From the NCBI GenBank assembly GCA_017499595.2, contig CM038998.1, positions 992,001 to 1,056,000 of the forward strand: a DNA stretch of 64,000 nucleotides, read 5' to 3'. Shown one piece after another: positions 11,380 through 25,268 of this stretch. How positions within the stretch are numbered: the stretch's first letter is position 1; each line of letters begins with the position of its first letter. Below the pieces are notes generated by a model. The model saw nothing but the letters and a program-made list of their open reading frames with translations. It searched no databases and had not been told where the DNA came from. This stretch comes from Psilocybe cubensis. Lineage: Eukaryota. The position numbers and the translations under genes were made by a program.

Positions 11380-14300
11380 TTTGCTTTGATTGGTTCCAAC
11401 TACATATTATGTACTAGTTACATTACTAAGTAATAAACGGATTGGATTGGATTGGGGTTGGATTGTGTTGAATGAATAAATGAATAGAATGTATGAAATT
11501 GAATGAATAGATGGATGAATGAATGAGTGTATGTGTGTATGCAATGCAAAAATGAAAAGATGAGATAAATGAATCAAGGTAGAACGATAGTGATAGGTTG
11601 TATCGCGCGATAGATGTGGATAGGATGAATGTGGATAGAATGTGGATAATAACAAACAAACAAACAAACAATACGGTCGTCAAAAACGGAGTAAAAAAGA
11701 AATAATTACAACCAGGACCAAGATCATCATCGATGCAATGCGTCATAAAAATGAGAAGCAAATCCGACGTGAGAGCGGTAGCATGAGCATGGAGGTGGAA
11801 ACGGGAATAAAATGATAAAAAAACCCGCGTTACACGATTAAAAAACGAGAGGAAAGGAAAGGGGGGATATCAATGGGGGAACCCGTTATAGGAAGAGGGG
11901 GGAGGGGTATGGGTATATGCAGGCAGGTATCAAATCTCGATGGGGACGAGCGGGCGGGCGGGTTGCTGATTGCTGATTGCTGATTTGCTTTCCAGGCTAG
12001 CTAGCGTCATAAAAGGTCGTTAAAAAGTCGGATCCCAGGCTCAGATGAAACTCCAGAAAGGTATTTCAAGGCTTCGAGGAGGGAAGGGGGGCGTCATCCT
12101 CTTCCACCACCACCTTCAGCAACCTCGCTGAAGGGCACACGTCCCCATCCCATACCCAAGCTCACAGCGAACGACGCCCTCTTCCTCCCCGAGTCCGCTG
12201 TAGACGGCCGCTTCGCCTTCTTCTGCCTAACAGGCGTCGCACTATTCGAATTCGAATTTGAAAGAGGAGATAGGAAGGCGGTCTGCGATGGCGACGCCGA
12301 AGCCGACGATGTCGATGCAGAACGCGATTTTGATTTTGTAGTGGGTGTGGCTGCGGTGGCGGACAGCAGTGCCGAGTTTGAATTTGAAGGTTCAGAAGAG
12401 CCGTTGGCTGACTCGACGGACGACAGGGATGTTACGCCAGACGACGATGAGCTGCTAGCGCCACCAGACACAGACGACTCGGACGAGGATATTCCCTTTT
12501 CTTTCTCCTTGTCCTTGTCCTTGTCCTTATCCTTGTCTTTATCCTTGTCCTTGTCTTTCTCCTTGTCTTTGTCCTTGCCAACCTTCCGCCTAGCACTGCT
12601 ACTCCGACTGCTAGTCCCACCATTCCTGCCACCAACAACGCCTCCCCCAGGCGGCACGAGCCCAATAAACGCCGCATTCTCCTGTGCCCGATCGCACTTT
12701 TCCGCAATCCGACACGCAGCCTCCACCGCTCGTTCCACCAACACGCGCGATCCCGAGTTCTGCGGCGTATGCGCCAGGAGATCTACACCAATTCAAGAGT
12801 CGGTTAGATTAAAGAATGAATTTCAATGAATTTTTGCCACCCGAGATGGATGCGATGGAGATGAATAGGAAAAAAAAAAAAGAAACTGACCTCGATAGAG
12901 CAGGACATAGCGCATCACCCTCTGCGTCGGCAAGATCGCGAGCTCTCTCACAGCAGGCGGCTTCTGCTTGCGCGGTACCGGTTTACCCGGGCTCGCCTCT
13001 CCTCCATTCCCCACACCACCACCACCATCGACCGTTCCCTCCAACACACGCAACGCAACCTCCGGTCCACCTCTTCCCCTCTCCCTCTCCCTTTCCCGCT
13101 CCAACTCCCTGTCCTTGCGCCCATAGATAGACATGACGCCCCCGTCGAGCCCCAACGACGCGATACTCGGCATACTCCTGCGCCACGTGCTCACCGTGCG
13201 CTTCAAAGGGCTGACAACGGGCGGCGGGTGGCTTGGCTGGAGGTGCTGTCCATAGCCATGCCCATGCCCGTGCCCATGACCAGAATGCGACGCAGCAGAC
13301 CCGTGCCCGTGGCTCGACCCCAATGCAGCAAGCGCGCTGCTCGACCCAAACGCGCCGTGTCCATGGCTGTGGTTGCTCGAGAGGTGCCCATCATCCGTAT
13401 CCACGCCGTCTCCCACTACACCAGTCGCTGCAGCAGCATGGTACTCACTCGCACCCGTACCCGCAACAACAGACTTACTCTTCCTCTTCCTCAAACCCAT
13501 CCCACCCTCCTGATTCCCACCCCCATTCTCATTCCCATCCACAAACCAACCCCCAACAACCGCACACCACCTCACATACGCCGCACCCACCTCCTCCTCC
13601 CTATCCACAAACGCCCGCGCCACACCACCCACACTCGGCCGCGCCTCCATCTCCCGCAACACCGCCGCGCTCACCGCCGCCAGCTCCTCCGCGTACCGCA
13701 GCATCAGCGGCGGCGGCGGCGTCGCCGTCGCACTCGATAACAGCGACTGCAGGTGCGCGAGGTAGTGCCGCTCGGTCAGGATGAGCTCGCGGCAGGTGAG
13801 CACGGCGCGCTGTACGGCGAGCCAGGATGGCGAGGGCGGTGGAGGATGGTGCGTGCTGGTTGTTGGACTTGACGGTGATGAAGTCGCGTTGCCCCGATCG
13901 GCACTTGAACTCGAGTTCGAGTTGGAATTCGAGGAACTCGATGACGACGAGGCAGAAGACGATGCAGGGGACGGCGAGATATCTGCGATATCCTCCCAAA
14001 TCTCCCTGCCGATTTCTCTCAACACTCCATCCGCCTCCTCGTCTTCGTCTTCATCTTCATCCCACACAGCCTCTTCCATAAAACTCCTCTCCTCTTCCAC
14101 AATCTCCTCATCCACATCCCCCCTCTCTCCTGCATGCTCCAATTCCCCTCTTCCCCCCTCCTCCTCCCTGCCCCTAACCAAACCCGCCCGACTCTCACTC
14201 CTATTCCTATTCCTCCTCTCCCTAACCCTCTCCCTCCCCCTCTCCCTCGCGCGCACCCTCTCCATCCTCCTCGTCCACCGCCCCAACTCGCGCATCCGCT

Positions 14301-17300
14301 CAAGCTCCCTAACCAGCCCCTCATCCGCAATCCCTTCATCCGTCATCGCACTCGCAAGCGTCCACCGCCTGCGCCCCAGCTCTTCCCCCTCGCTGATCTC
14401 CGCGTGCCGTCGGAGGAGCGGGGGGCGCGGAGGCGCGTGTGGGTGGGTGTGGGTGGGTGTGTGTGGGTGGGTGGGCGCGTGGGTGGGCGCGTGGGCGTTT
14501 TTGTGTGAATCCGAGTTCGAGTTTGAGTTGGCGTTGGCGCTCGAAACACCCGATGGAGCCAACTTGGACGTAGGCGACGCATTAAGCGAGATAAACGGTG
14601 TACCACTCTGAACCGCTGTCCCCACTGTCACCGTATCGCGCTTCTTCCTAAGCTTTCCACTTGCATTTGCATTCCCACTTCCACCCTCCTTCCCATTTAC
14701 ACTCTCCTTCCCCTCCTTCCCCGCCGACGTCGAAGGAAGATCAAAATCCGACTCGGATCCAAGCATAAACTTGCTGATCTTCCTCCTTTCCACCACCACC
14801 AGCGATGTTGACGACGCCGGGGGAGGGGGCGAAATAGACCGCGTATGATGCTCGATCAACGCTCGCACGCGCCCGATACCACCTCCACTGCTGCTACCAC
14901 CAACGTCCGATGAGGAGCGCGTGTGTCTGTGCGACTGTCCGTGCGCTTGTGATTGTGGATGGGGTTTGACGAGCGATGCGCGGCGTTTTCGGTTTGGGGG
15001 TTCATTTTCATCTTCATTTTCAATTTTATTTTTATTTTGGGGTGGATGTGGATGTGGATGTGGATGTGTGTGTGTGGGTGGAGGTGCGAGCGTCTACATC
15101 ATCAAGAAAAAAAGAGAAAAAGAAGAACAACGAAAAGAATCAGTTCAGCAATCGATGATGCAAAAAACATAAAACATCAAATATAAAACGGAAAACGAAA
15201 AAAGGGGTATCCCAACCCCCAATCCCACCGGAAAGAAAAACAAGCAAAACAAGCAAAAAAAAGAAAAAAAAAACTCACGACGCGCAATATCCCCTGTTTC
15301 TCAACCCCACCACCAACACCACCAATACCACCTTGCTCTCCCTCTCCCTCTTTCTCCTTTTCCTTCCCTTTTCCACCCAACCCAACCACCAATTCCCCAT
15401 TCCCATTTCCACTCCCATTCCCATTCCCATTCCCACTCGGACTAGAACCAGAAGAACCAATCCCCGTAGTCCACCTCTTCCACCTCGCAAACGACGACGT
15501 CGATGACGTCGAAGATACCGTTGAGGGCGGTGTCGTTATCAAAGTCGAGCCTGACGCCGATGTTGACGCCGATTCAGAGGTAGACGCCTCGGACCCCAAA
15601 TTGCGCTGTAAACTCGGGTGTGCATGTGCATGCATCTTCGTCGTAGTCGTCGTCGTATCCATTGAAGGATGCGAATGAGAATTATGATGAAGATGAGAAG
15701 GAGAAGGAGATGACGACGAAGAAGGAGGAGGAGGAGGAGGAGGAGGAGGAGAAAGGCCACTTTCGCGTACACGATACGTATCCGGGGATATCTGACCCAA
15801 TGACGAAGTTTGTGATGCTGATGTCAACGCTGACGATGAGGATAATAATAAAGATAAAGATGAGGATGGTTCCGCAGTCGCAGTCGTGGACGAGGACGGG
15901 GTGCTAGTGCTGTTAGTAGCAGTAGCAGTAGTAGCAGTAGCAGTAGTGCCAGTAGCAGAAGCAACAACAACAGCGCTCCCATTCGCACTCCCATTCGCAC
16001 TCGCACTAGGGTTCAAATGAGAACTAGAACTAGAACCCGAGTTGGACTCGGACGCACGCCTTCTCGACGGGCGGAGGCTAAACGTCCTCGCAAGCAACGA
16101 CGCGCGCTTCGAACTCTTCCGCGTCTGCGCCTGAAGCTGAAGCTGATCGACAACATGCGGCGGCGGCACATCAGACGCACTTATAAACACCGCGCTATTC
16201 GGTGTGCCTGGCATTCTAGTCGCTGACGACGACGCTGAGGAGGGGGAGAGGGAAGAGGGGGAAAGCGAAGACGGCGAAAATGAGCGCGCGGTTGCTGTTC
16301 CCGTACCCAACGACGACGACGCGGAGACAGCGCGCGGGGTGACGAGGACAAATGTGCTTCCCGAGCTCGGCGTGCCGCTGCTTGCACCGCTCGCGCCTAT
16401 CGTAACGGTATTAGGTGACGTGCTTCCCGCGCTCAGATGAACAAAGGACGTCGAGGACGAGGATGGGGACGCAGATGTAGAGGAGGAGGAGGAAGGGGGC
16501 TGGGTGTGTATAGGCGGCGGGAGGTGGTGGCGCTTTTTTGAGAGTTTGGCTGGAGACGCAGAGGTAGAGGCAGAGGGAGAGAAAGCGGTGATGGTATCCG
16601 CTGAATCGGTGTGTGCGTGCGAAGGGGTATATGCACGGTGGTGGTGGTGGTGGTGGTTATAAAAAGAGGAAGAGGAAGAAGAGGAGGGGTGATGGTGAGG
16701 GGTATCGGTATTGGTATTAGCAAAAAAAAATGAGGGCCCAGACCGTTTACTTGAATGGGCTTTGTGTTCGGCCGGTGGCTGAGGCTGGTGTCGCTGGGAC
16801 AACGCAGCGTCCTGACTAGCTTGGTCGTGGTGGTGGTGGTGGTGGTACAGACCCAAGCATTCTGACTGTGAAGCAGCGGGGGATTGTGGATGCGAGCAAG
16901 GCGTGAGGACGAGGTATGGCTCATGGGTGTCATCATCGTCGTCGTCATCGCCATGACGCGCACGCGCGGCAGGTGCAGCGTGGGTGCTGGTCTTGGGCGT
17001 GCTCGCGGTCTGCATGTGCGTGTACGTGACTCCGGGACCTATGCGCTCTTCATTATGTTGCCGTCGCGAGGCAGACGGAACGGGCCCTCCGTGGTTTATA
17101 TTAGAAGAAGCAGAATTATTACGGTGATGACGTCTGCTTCGGCTGCTCCTGCTGCTACCTGACCTGCGTTTCTTCAGCTTGTTGGAGGGGGACGATGGCG
17201 GGGACGGGGACGGGGAGGAGGAGGAGGAGGAGGAGGATGCACGGAAGGCCGCCGGGTCGAAAATTGGCTCGGCGGGAAACGCCAGGGGCAGCAGCATCGG

Positions 17301-20300
17301 TGGCGGACTGGGTGGGTTGCGGCGGCGTCGTCTGTCCTTCCTACTCGTCTTTCCCTTGACGCTGCTCACGATAGAGGACACGCCCGAGGAGAGGAGGCTG
17401 ATGCTGGAGAAGGACGAGGCGACAGAGGAGGCGGTGGTCGTCATCGATGCGGAGGACGGGGCGCGGGCGAGCGGGTTTTTGGAAAAGCGGTATGGGTTCG
17501 GGTGGGGGAGGAGGAGGGAGGGTGAGAAGGAGGACCATGTCGAGGAGGACGACCGCGACGACGACATGGGGGAAAAGAAGAACAAGGGTCAGCTCAGCTC
17601 AGAATTACGCCAAGGCTATGTATAGGAGTCCAACTTGCCTGTCATTTAATTTATTTTCTTATCCCTTTATGCACTCAATCCGTTATAAACCTCCAACTTC
17701 AAAATTGACGTCATTTCACACTTGTGTTTTTTTCACCTTTTACGCTATAAAATGCCGGCTCTGGTTAGATTGCGGGCCAGAGTGCTACAAGTCACTTTAC
17801 CTTATCTTCACATAACATCGATAACTCGATCTTCCCCCAAATGAACCGCAAATCCTTCCTTCTTTTTCGCCTCGGCTTCTCCTGCTCGGCACCCAACCAA
17901 CACCACCGCCCCCATCCAACCTACCACATCTCTCTCGAAATGAACAAGGTACATTCATACCCAAACACAACTTAATTAATTCTCCTTTTCCCAGGTCCCC
18001 TATGATTCGAATCGCACACCCACTCGCAATTCTCAGACTCCTGCTTCTCGATTCCTCCCTCTTCCCTTCTCCTTCTCTTCTCGTACTGGCCCTGCCTCGT
18101 TCTATCCTGTTGTATCTGTCAAACCCCAACTGAAAACCTGCTGAATATATCCGAATCTTCATCCAGCCGAGCCGAGTTTCTGGGAACTTGGAAAGACAGC
18201 CGTACTTTTGACTGATGCTGCTTAGTGCTACGTTGTTTATGTGCTATGCTCTATTTTCTGTCATGCCTCGAGGGTCACGTCCAAGTCTGAATTAGGCACT
18301 GCCTGGCTGGCAGCACCAGATGGACACAAACAAAAACTCCCTTGTCGACATCTCAACACTCAACTTGAACGTCCTCGACACTCAACACCCAACACCACTT
18401 CACGAACTAGCTCCAATTCCAATACCAAACGCCCAACCTCAACCTCCCAACCCACCCACCCACATCCTAACTTCCCACCCAACCCGCCAGATGTCATGTG
18501 GCGTATCGCATCGCATCGCAGCGTATCATATCGTATCGTATCGCATCGACAAGCCTCAAATTCTCAAATTCTATTTCTCACAAAGTCAAAACGGTGGCAA
18601 ACAGCCACCGCCGTTCGTCTTATCCCTATTCTTGGATTATCCCGGTCTTCAAGTTACTTTTATCTCATAATTCCCATCCCATCCCTTAAATATCTTCATC
18701 CTCACCTTCACCTTCACGTTCTTTAACCATGTTATTTAGTAACCCAGCACAGCTTCAAAGGTCGAACTATGCATACAAACCCAAACCTCGAACGCTCAAA
18801 GTTATGCAACAACCAGTGGGGCAGAGGACAACGTCATCGGCCGAGCTAGGGTCATCTTCCAGTACCTCGTGCTCGAGCTCGAGCTCAAGTCGAGGGTACA
18901 CGTACGCGGTCGCCGTCGCCGTCGCAGTCAAACATCCCAAACATCCCAAACAGAAACAGAAACGGACATAGAAACGGGCACAGAAACGGCCACAAAAACA
19001 AAAACAAAAACTCACCTGAACGCACTTGAACACACGATAAAGGAACCACACACACGTCCAAGAAACCACGATCCCCAATCCCCAATTACCGACCCAGGAC
19101 CCAGGTCTCTCTCCCCGTGGGTTGTTCAGCACAACGCATACGCGTATACAATGATACATCGAAACGTACTTGAACAAAAAAAAGGATTTACACACGTCCA
19201 AAAACCGAGGATCCCAATTCAACGACCCAACGACCCAAACACCCAAAGTCTCTCCTCAGCCCAATGGGGCTCCCCAGCACGCGTATACACGCATATATAT
19301 CGGGTTTAAATTTTCCTTTCACTTCTTACCGTTTTTTATTGTCAATTCACACTTTCCAGCTCCAAATCTCCAGCTCCAGAACACAACAACCTCATAGGAT
19401 ACGGTGACCCTGACCCCAAACAACACCGACGTTTGACAACACAATACAAATACAGCGTTACAGTAAAGTAACACAAAACCATCAAAATCCGTACTTACGG
19501 CGTAAGGCGCGTATAATAATTATGATACATATTTTACAATGTGTTAACATTCAATGTTCTCTGTCCAATATTTTCTCTTTTGTTTACACTTCCACTTCAT
19601 CCACTCCTAAACAACCCATGTCAAGGTATACCCCTCCCCTGCCCCCCTCTCCCGAACAAAGCATTGAACAAAGCGTTAAACAACCTCATCCCCGTACCTA
19701 AAACACCCCCTTAAATCCAAAAAATCGACCTGCGCTGAAAAACCAAACACAGCACCCTTGAGCTCATTTTGTGCGTTTTTATTTCATCGCCTCCCTTTCA
19801 TATGATCCCTTTCCTTTTCTTCTTCTCCCATCTCCCCTCCTCTCTTCCTCTTCCTCATCGTCGTCATCAAGAGGCAAAAAAAAGCTTCTACCAGAATATA
19901 TAGACTCGTTCGGCGCGTGCATACCAGTGTGCGTATGTGCGTGCGCTTGTGTGTGTGTATGCGTGGGCGTATGCGTATGCGTATGCGTATGTGTATGCGT
20001 CGACATGGGCGCAGGCGCAGACACAGGCGCAAGCGCAAGCTTGGGCCGCGTACGCGTATGCGTGCCCACATGCGCGCGCGTTCTAGATACAGACCTCCGA
20101 GCCTCCCTCGCCTCATCCTCAATCAGCGGCGCCGTCGACGCGCACGTTATTGGCAATGTCGATGTCAATGCCAATGGCGAAGGCGCAGGCGACGACGCCC
20201 AAGCCGAAAGCAAAGGCAAAGTCGAAGGCGAAGGTGAAGGTGATGGCGAGAGCGACGACGCCCAAGCCAAAGGCGGCGTCCAAAGCGAAGGCGAAGGCGA

Positions 20301-21300
20301 AGGTGAAATCGCCAACCTCGAGGGTTTCAATCCGGTGCCAGTCGATCCAACCTCGATCGGCGGCAAAGGCAGCGGCTTCTCACCTAGAACTCCCAGTCTA
20401 CCACCTGCACGGGCACGGGAACCTGCGCCCACCCGCTGGGTGTCCGCATCAGTGTCCCACATCACCTTCGCCTCCTCTTCCACGAACGACTCGCGCAGAC
20501 CGAGCATGATGCGGGACGTCGCGATAGAGCAAGGGGCAACCATCAGCCTATGTGTACGCGTGCGGCGCGGCGTGTGTGCGTGGTTTGCGTATGCGCGTGT
20601 TTGCGTGTTTGCGTATATTGCGCGTGCGTCATGGTACGGTACGATTACGATATAGCCAGTTCGTAGCGGACATGCAAAGAAAAAAACCCAATAAAAAGTC
20701 AGATTTCCCATCTTTAAATCGACCGGCCCAATGCACAGAGTACAAATCAGACACATACGGAGTGTATATAGCTGAAATATTAATCTATCAAAATATATAT
20801 CAGCCTTCAGTCACTTCGGAGGATTCAAATGAAACAAGAGGTAGTTAAATCTCAAAGCTTGAGCTTGAGACCCCGCACAAAAAGAAATTGTAGCATCATA
20901 CTGGAAATAGTACCATAACACTCACCTCTGGTACGTCAGTGAGAAATGACCCGATCGACGTCAACCCGACGGAGCCTAGGTATCATTGAACAAAAGAGCA
21001 GATTATGTCAGTATTTCATGTATCTCAAAATTTTCATTCCACGCGACTCGAGAACCGAGAACCGAGAAGCGAAAAATGAAAAAATGAAAAAACGAAGCAT
21101 CGAATCGAGAATCGAACATCGATATTCGAGAATGCCGCTGTACGACACCCTTAATAAAACATGAGGGGGGTGGGGGAGATGGGGAGCACGTCAAACAAAA
21201 CTTACACGCCACACTAAAGTAGAGTACGCCGCCGCTATATTGATATCGAATTTTAGTTAGTACAAAAAGATGTAGTGGTGGTGGTGGTGGTTCCAGACCC
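11380..21300. repeat. Microsatellite / low-complexity-rich domain
   Basis: Dense (gga)n, (gtg)n, (tagcag)n, (cccatt)n, (tccttg)n, (tgcgta)n, (atcgt)n and (aaac)n tracts occur in coding, intronic and intergenic sequence and are largely absent from the rest of the window. Confidence 0.85.
12094..17567 (-). CDS. Dbl-homology (RhoGEF) domain protein with very long low-complexity regions, about 1,700 aa
   Basis: Exons about 17567-15279, 15093-12891 and 12783-12094 join in frame (ILRV|TLAPPP; LLYR|DLLAHTP). DH-domain motifs RELILTERHYLAHLQSL and ELAILPTQRVMRYVLLYRDLLAHTP are present. An upstream exon cannot be excluded. Confidence 0.8.
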
Positions 21301-22601
21301 CCTTGCGATAGGCTGGGCAACATGTGTGGTAATAACCAAATTATGAAAAGACTCACTCAGTTAACAGTCTCCGCCGTAAGCTTTTTCTATTCGCCGAATG
21401 CCAGGATCCATAGATCGCTTCGTAGACAGTCGCCGCGTACAGGCCAGTCTGTATGAGAAAAAAAAACAAGTCCAAGCGGCAACTTCGTAAGCGGGATAGG
21501 AAGGCTCCAAAAACAAAAACAGCCGTTGAAGAAAACGAACTGTGGCGTACATGAAATATCAGCAAGGGCACGTAGATAGTCCACGAATAATACAACTGAG
21601 GCGACGCCAAACATCCCGGGAGCGACGAGCGAAAGGGCAACAGGTCAGAGGGGAACAGTATGATTTCCTTCACCACCGATGCAATGAAATAGATTGTGAA
21701 GACGTTCGTTATCAAAAACCAGACCAGAAGTGCAACTTTTGCCATTTTTTGCTCAGGGAATAGAACCCAGACGCGGGTGACCAGGATGACTGGAGCCGGA
21801 AAGCGAAAGAAAACAGTTGGTGTTCCTTAAGCAGCGTTTATGAATTATTACAGCAACCTACCTTCTATCACAGCTGCGCTGACGAAGGCCAGGTAGAATG
21901 AGGCTCTGATTCCAAAATAGCAACTTTGCAAACGTGAGATGCTTCTCTTGACCGGCGAACACATGGAATGGTTTACAACTATAATAAACACGTTAACGGA
22001 CAACCCAGCGGATAACGACCGTTGTACATACTGTAATGCTTGGATCGACCGTGATGTGCACTAATCATTATAATCAGCACTGATCTGTGAGCTATCCTCA
22101 AAATAGTGGCGTACATATGAGTGTTAGACTGTCAATTGCCATACCAAGGCTAAAGTCAGTATAGTTCCTTTGACAATCTCAAATGATATTGAATATTCAC
22201 CATACTACCCCAAAGGAAAAGTAACGGTTCTGTTACGAAGAAAAACCCGATCCGAGTCTTCAGCAGATCTCAGCAAAATCATAGATTTGAAAACTCACAA
22301 AGAAAAATAGCAACTGTGAAACCGAACACGGCCTCTTCCAGAAGAGTACTCTCTGCCATAAAAGATGTCCAATTATCCCGTCAGCTATAGACCAGCTTTG
22401 TCTAGTACAGCTCTTGCACCTCGGCTTCGAACGTCAGAAGGTACTCGTAGGCTGAAAACGAGAAACGAATGCGTCGGTATTCACCGCCTGAAACACAAAG
22501 GCACCACACTTACCCATGAGAGAAAACAACCCGGTAGCAAGGAAGGCGGAGGTCTGACCACCAAGAAAGAACTGCACTATGTGGTCTATTATGCCCCCCA
22601 T
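19779..22601 (-). CDS. DUF6533-type membrane protein, inverted paralog of 1888-3753 with an expanded C-tail
   Basis: MGGIIDHIVQFFLGGQTSAFLATGLFSLM|AYEYLLTFEAE|RVLFWKRPCSVSQLLFF...TNVFTI...PGCL...SIATSRIMLGLRESFVEEEA...YSGRSFFLP, with intron positions matching the + strand copy. Confidence 0.85.
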
Positions 22602-23906
22602 AGTCACCTCCTGCCTTGGCTTATGGGTCGTAAAAGTCTGAGCTGCCTGGCAGCTTGAGAATCGAAAGAGCGGAACGATGGTGATGGCTCCATTAATTCT
22701 CCAGAGCGCATATATGTGAAGCTAATCTGAGAGAATCCTTCTGATCGTGAAGGCAAAGATATCTGATAGTTCTTTTAGCATCAATAGATAGTCAGCAGGC
22801 CATTTTGTATCTTGGTGACCAGAGTGAATGGAAATGGTTGTGCAGATGATTCCGTGATCAGGCGACATTTGAGTGATTGACAGTCAACCAGCGAAGAATC
22901 AAAGAATCAGTGAATGACTCGACAACTCTGAAAATTTATGCCACGCTTGAAGGACAGAGAAAGAGGCGCATATATCCAATAGTAGTCGACAAAAACAACC
23001 CAAGGAAACCATAGAGAGTATTAATTCTGAGCAAAGCAAGCATCGTCCCGGAATCTCGGGATGGAGGGTGCTTGATGATGATCATGACTCTTCATATATA
23101 GATGCTGTGCTGCCTCAGTTGGTTCCTATCCACGAACATAATTGGTATTCCCCACAATCGTGGGCGCCGCGGCATTCGTATATGCGAGCATCAGACACCG
23201 TGAAGGCACGGAATGTCTGGTGAGTTCGTGATTCGAAGAATTCCTGTTACAACCTGTATTCATAAACACCATCCAAAACGGATTGATGAACACTTACGCA
23301 AAGGCAATGGGAACTCAACCAGCTCCAATATGTATGACCAAAAGGCCTCAGAGTACTCAGAAGAGTCGCAGCATGCTCCGTGTGAGAATATTGCTAGAAA
23401 GGACTACAAACACATCATAGCGTTCTATGATAGTGTTCGATATGTGTCGCTAAGTTGGAGGATGGCGCAAAAGATGATGTGCCGAACAGCAAGAATTGTG
23501 GGACTGGACATTATGAACTGATGAATGCGCAATAGAATGGTAAAATCAAAGATAAATCACAACATCAAGAAGAACGAAAAAAATCACCGTCGTTCTGAGT
23601 CACTGGCGGAGTTGAAAGATCGACATTAGCTAACAACGGTATTAAACTCTTCGATGAGAGTCTCAGAGATCTCTATAGCAAGAAAAAGCATATGGTAGAT
23701 TAAACTGGTACCAAATTGATATAAAGTTTTCTTCGCTACTAACTACTACTATATACAGTGATTTACTGTTTAAACAAATCATATAACTAGGACCAAGCTT
23801 TGCATATGTCGCCGATATCGGGAAGGTAAGACTGACAGACAAAAGGGGGTGAGGTGTCGCGTGGAAAGAGTGGAGTAGGTCAGTCACAAGAAGAGGCGAG
23901 GAAAAG

Positions 23907-25268
23907 CTACGAAAAAACCCCATCGTGAGTACAGGCAAGAATTTTACTAAAAGTTGGAAATATGTTCATCGGTGAAAACTCCAAGTGAGCAAAGAAATCA
24001 CTTACATCGTCGGATTCTACTTTGACAACGACTTTACGTTTCACCACAGGCGATGCAGCCGGGGTCGGGGGGCACTGCGGCATACACGTGAATCCCGAGT
24101 ATTCAGAGTCGCTGTCCTCTGCCTTTCTCTTCTTCAATCTGGGTGAAGTGGAGGCTGGATGAGCCTGAGTGCCTTGTAGGACAGTGTTTACCACTGTCAG
24201 AGATGGCCCAAAAAGGTCAGATGATTCTTTCTTTATGTCTTTTACCGAAACCTCAGCTGAGCGTGATGAGGTTTGCCGAGAGCGTACTGGGGTCTGTTCA
24301 GGGGTAAGCAACCCAAGTGATGGTCCTAATTAACGAGTAAGCATCAAATTCATAGAATAGTAAATCCAGATGCTCACTATGATCTGCCTCGTTTTTAAAT
24401 AATTTAACTTTTTCAAACGATTTCTTCGGTGCTAAAAGAGACACAGATAAGGAATACTTCCCAGGACAAAAATGAAGGAGCAGACTTTGAGGAGGTGATA
24501 CTTGACGAATTGGAAAGCCGTTACGATCGAACTTGTCGGACTCTAGGTTGTCGGGGATTGCCAACATCACTTTGTGTTCTCCGTCGATTGACTCAGACTC
24601 CTCCTCATCATCCGAGTCGGGATCTTCAATTCATCTCATAAATCAGTGTCTTATATTACGAAAAGTAGCAACTCACATTTATGCTCTCCCCAATTTCCCG
24701 TCCTGGAGGCTTCATCAACAAATGCTTCTAGGGCCATAAAGAAAACATCATACTGTAATTCGACAATGTTAGAGGTTTGAAGCGTAGACTCAGTTATAAA
24801 GGGAACGGATACTCGCATGTTTTTTGAATTCTTCGTCTCTGGAAAGTAGCCAGATACTCCAAGAAGGATCTCTACATTCCCCAAGACGTTGTCCAAAATG
24901 TTTCTTGCCGAAAGGAACCACGAAATCGCAGAAGTGTTTATCAACTTTGTTTATAAGCCCCTCACGGTATTTCTCCATCGCCTGATGGAACTCGTACTAG
25001 ATGCGAATATCAACCAAAGCCATAAATAGGAGTCAAAACTGAAACAAAGGGGATAAACGTACCCGCTTGCTGGCTTCCCGGCAAAAGTTGAGGTAGTTGT
25101 AGAACGGTACCTCGTTCAGGGGCTTTCTCGAATGTACACCAAAATCGAGAATCCAACCTCCAGCTTCTTCCCCAAAACCCAATAATACTTGTTTTTTGGA
25201 TCAACCTTCGCATTTTTGCGGACTCTCTGGTTGACATCGGATAGGACAATAGGAAGGGACGACATCAT
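23907..25268 (-). pseudogene. Multi-exon gene with two FG-x-H-type motifs; apparent frameshift (pseudogene or sequencing error)
   Basis: MMSSLPIV...YYWVLG shifts frame at the G/T homopolymer 25170-25177 to EEAGGWILDFGVHSRKPLNEVPFYNYLNFC|YEFHQAMEKYREGL..FVVPFGKKHFGQRLGECRDPSWSIWL. An acidic tract and a KKRKAEDSDSEY basic tail follow. Confidence 0.6.

Noticed and set aside
12341-17815. Many long + strand ORFs (e.g. 13781..14611, 17179..17625)
   Set aside because: They are antisense shadows of the GC-rich, low-complexity RhoGEF exons and show no independent protein features.
19771-20655. 294-aa + strand ORF with CVCVCV repeats
   Set aside because: It is antisense to the repeat-expanded last exon of the DUF6533 gene.
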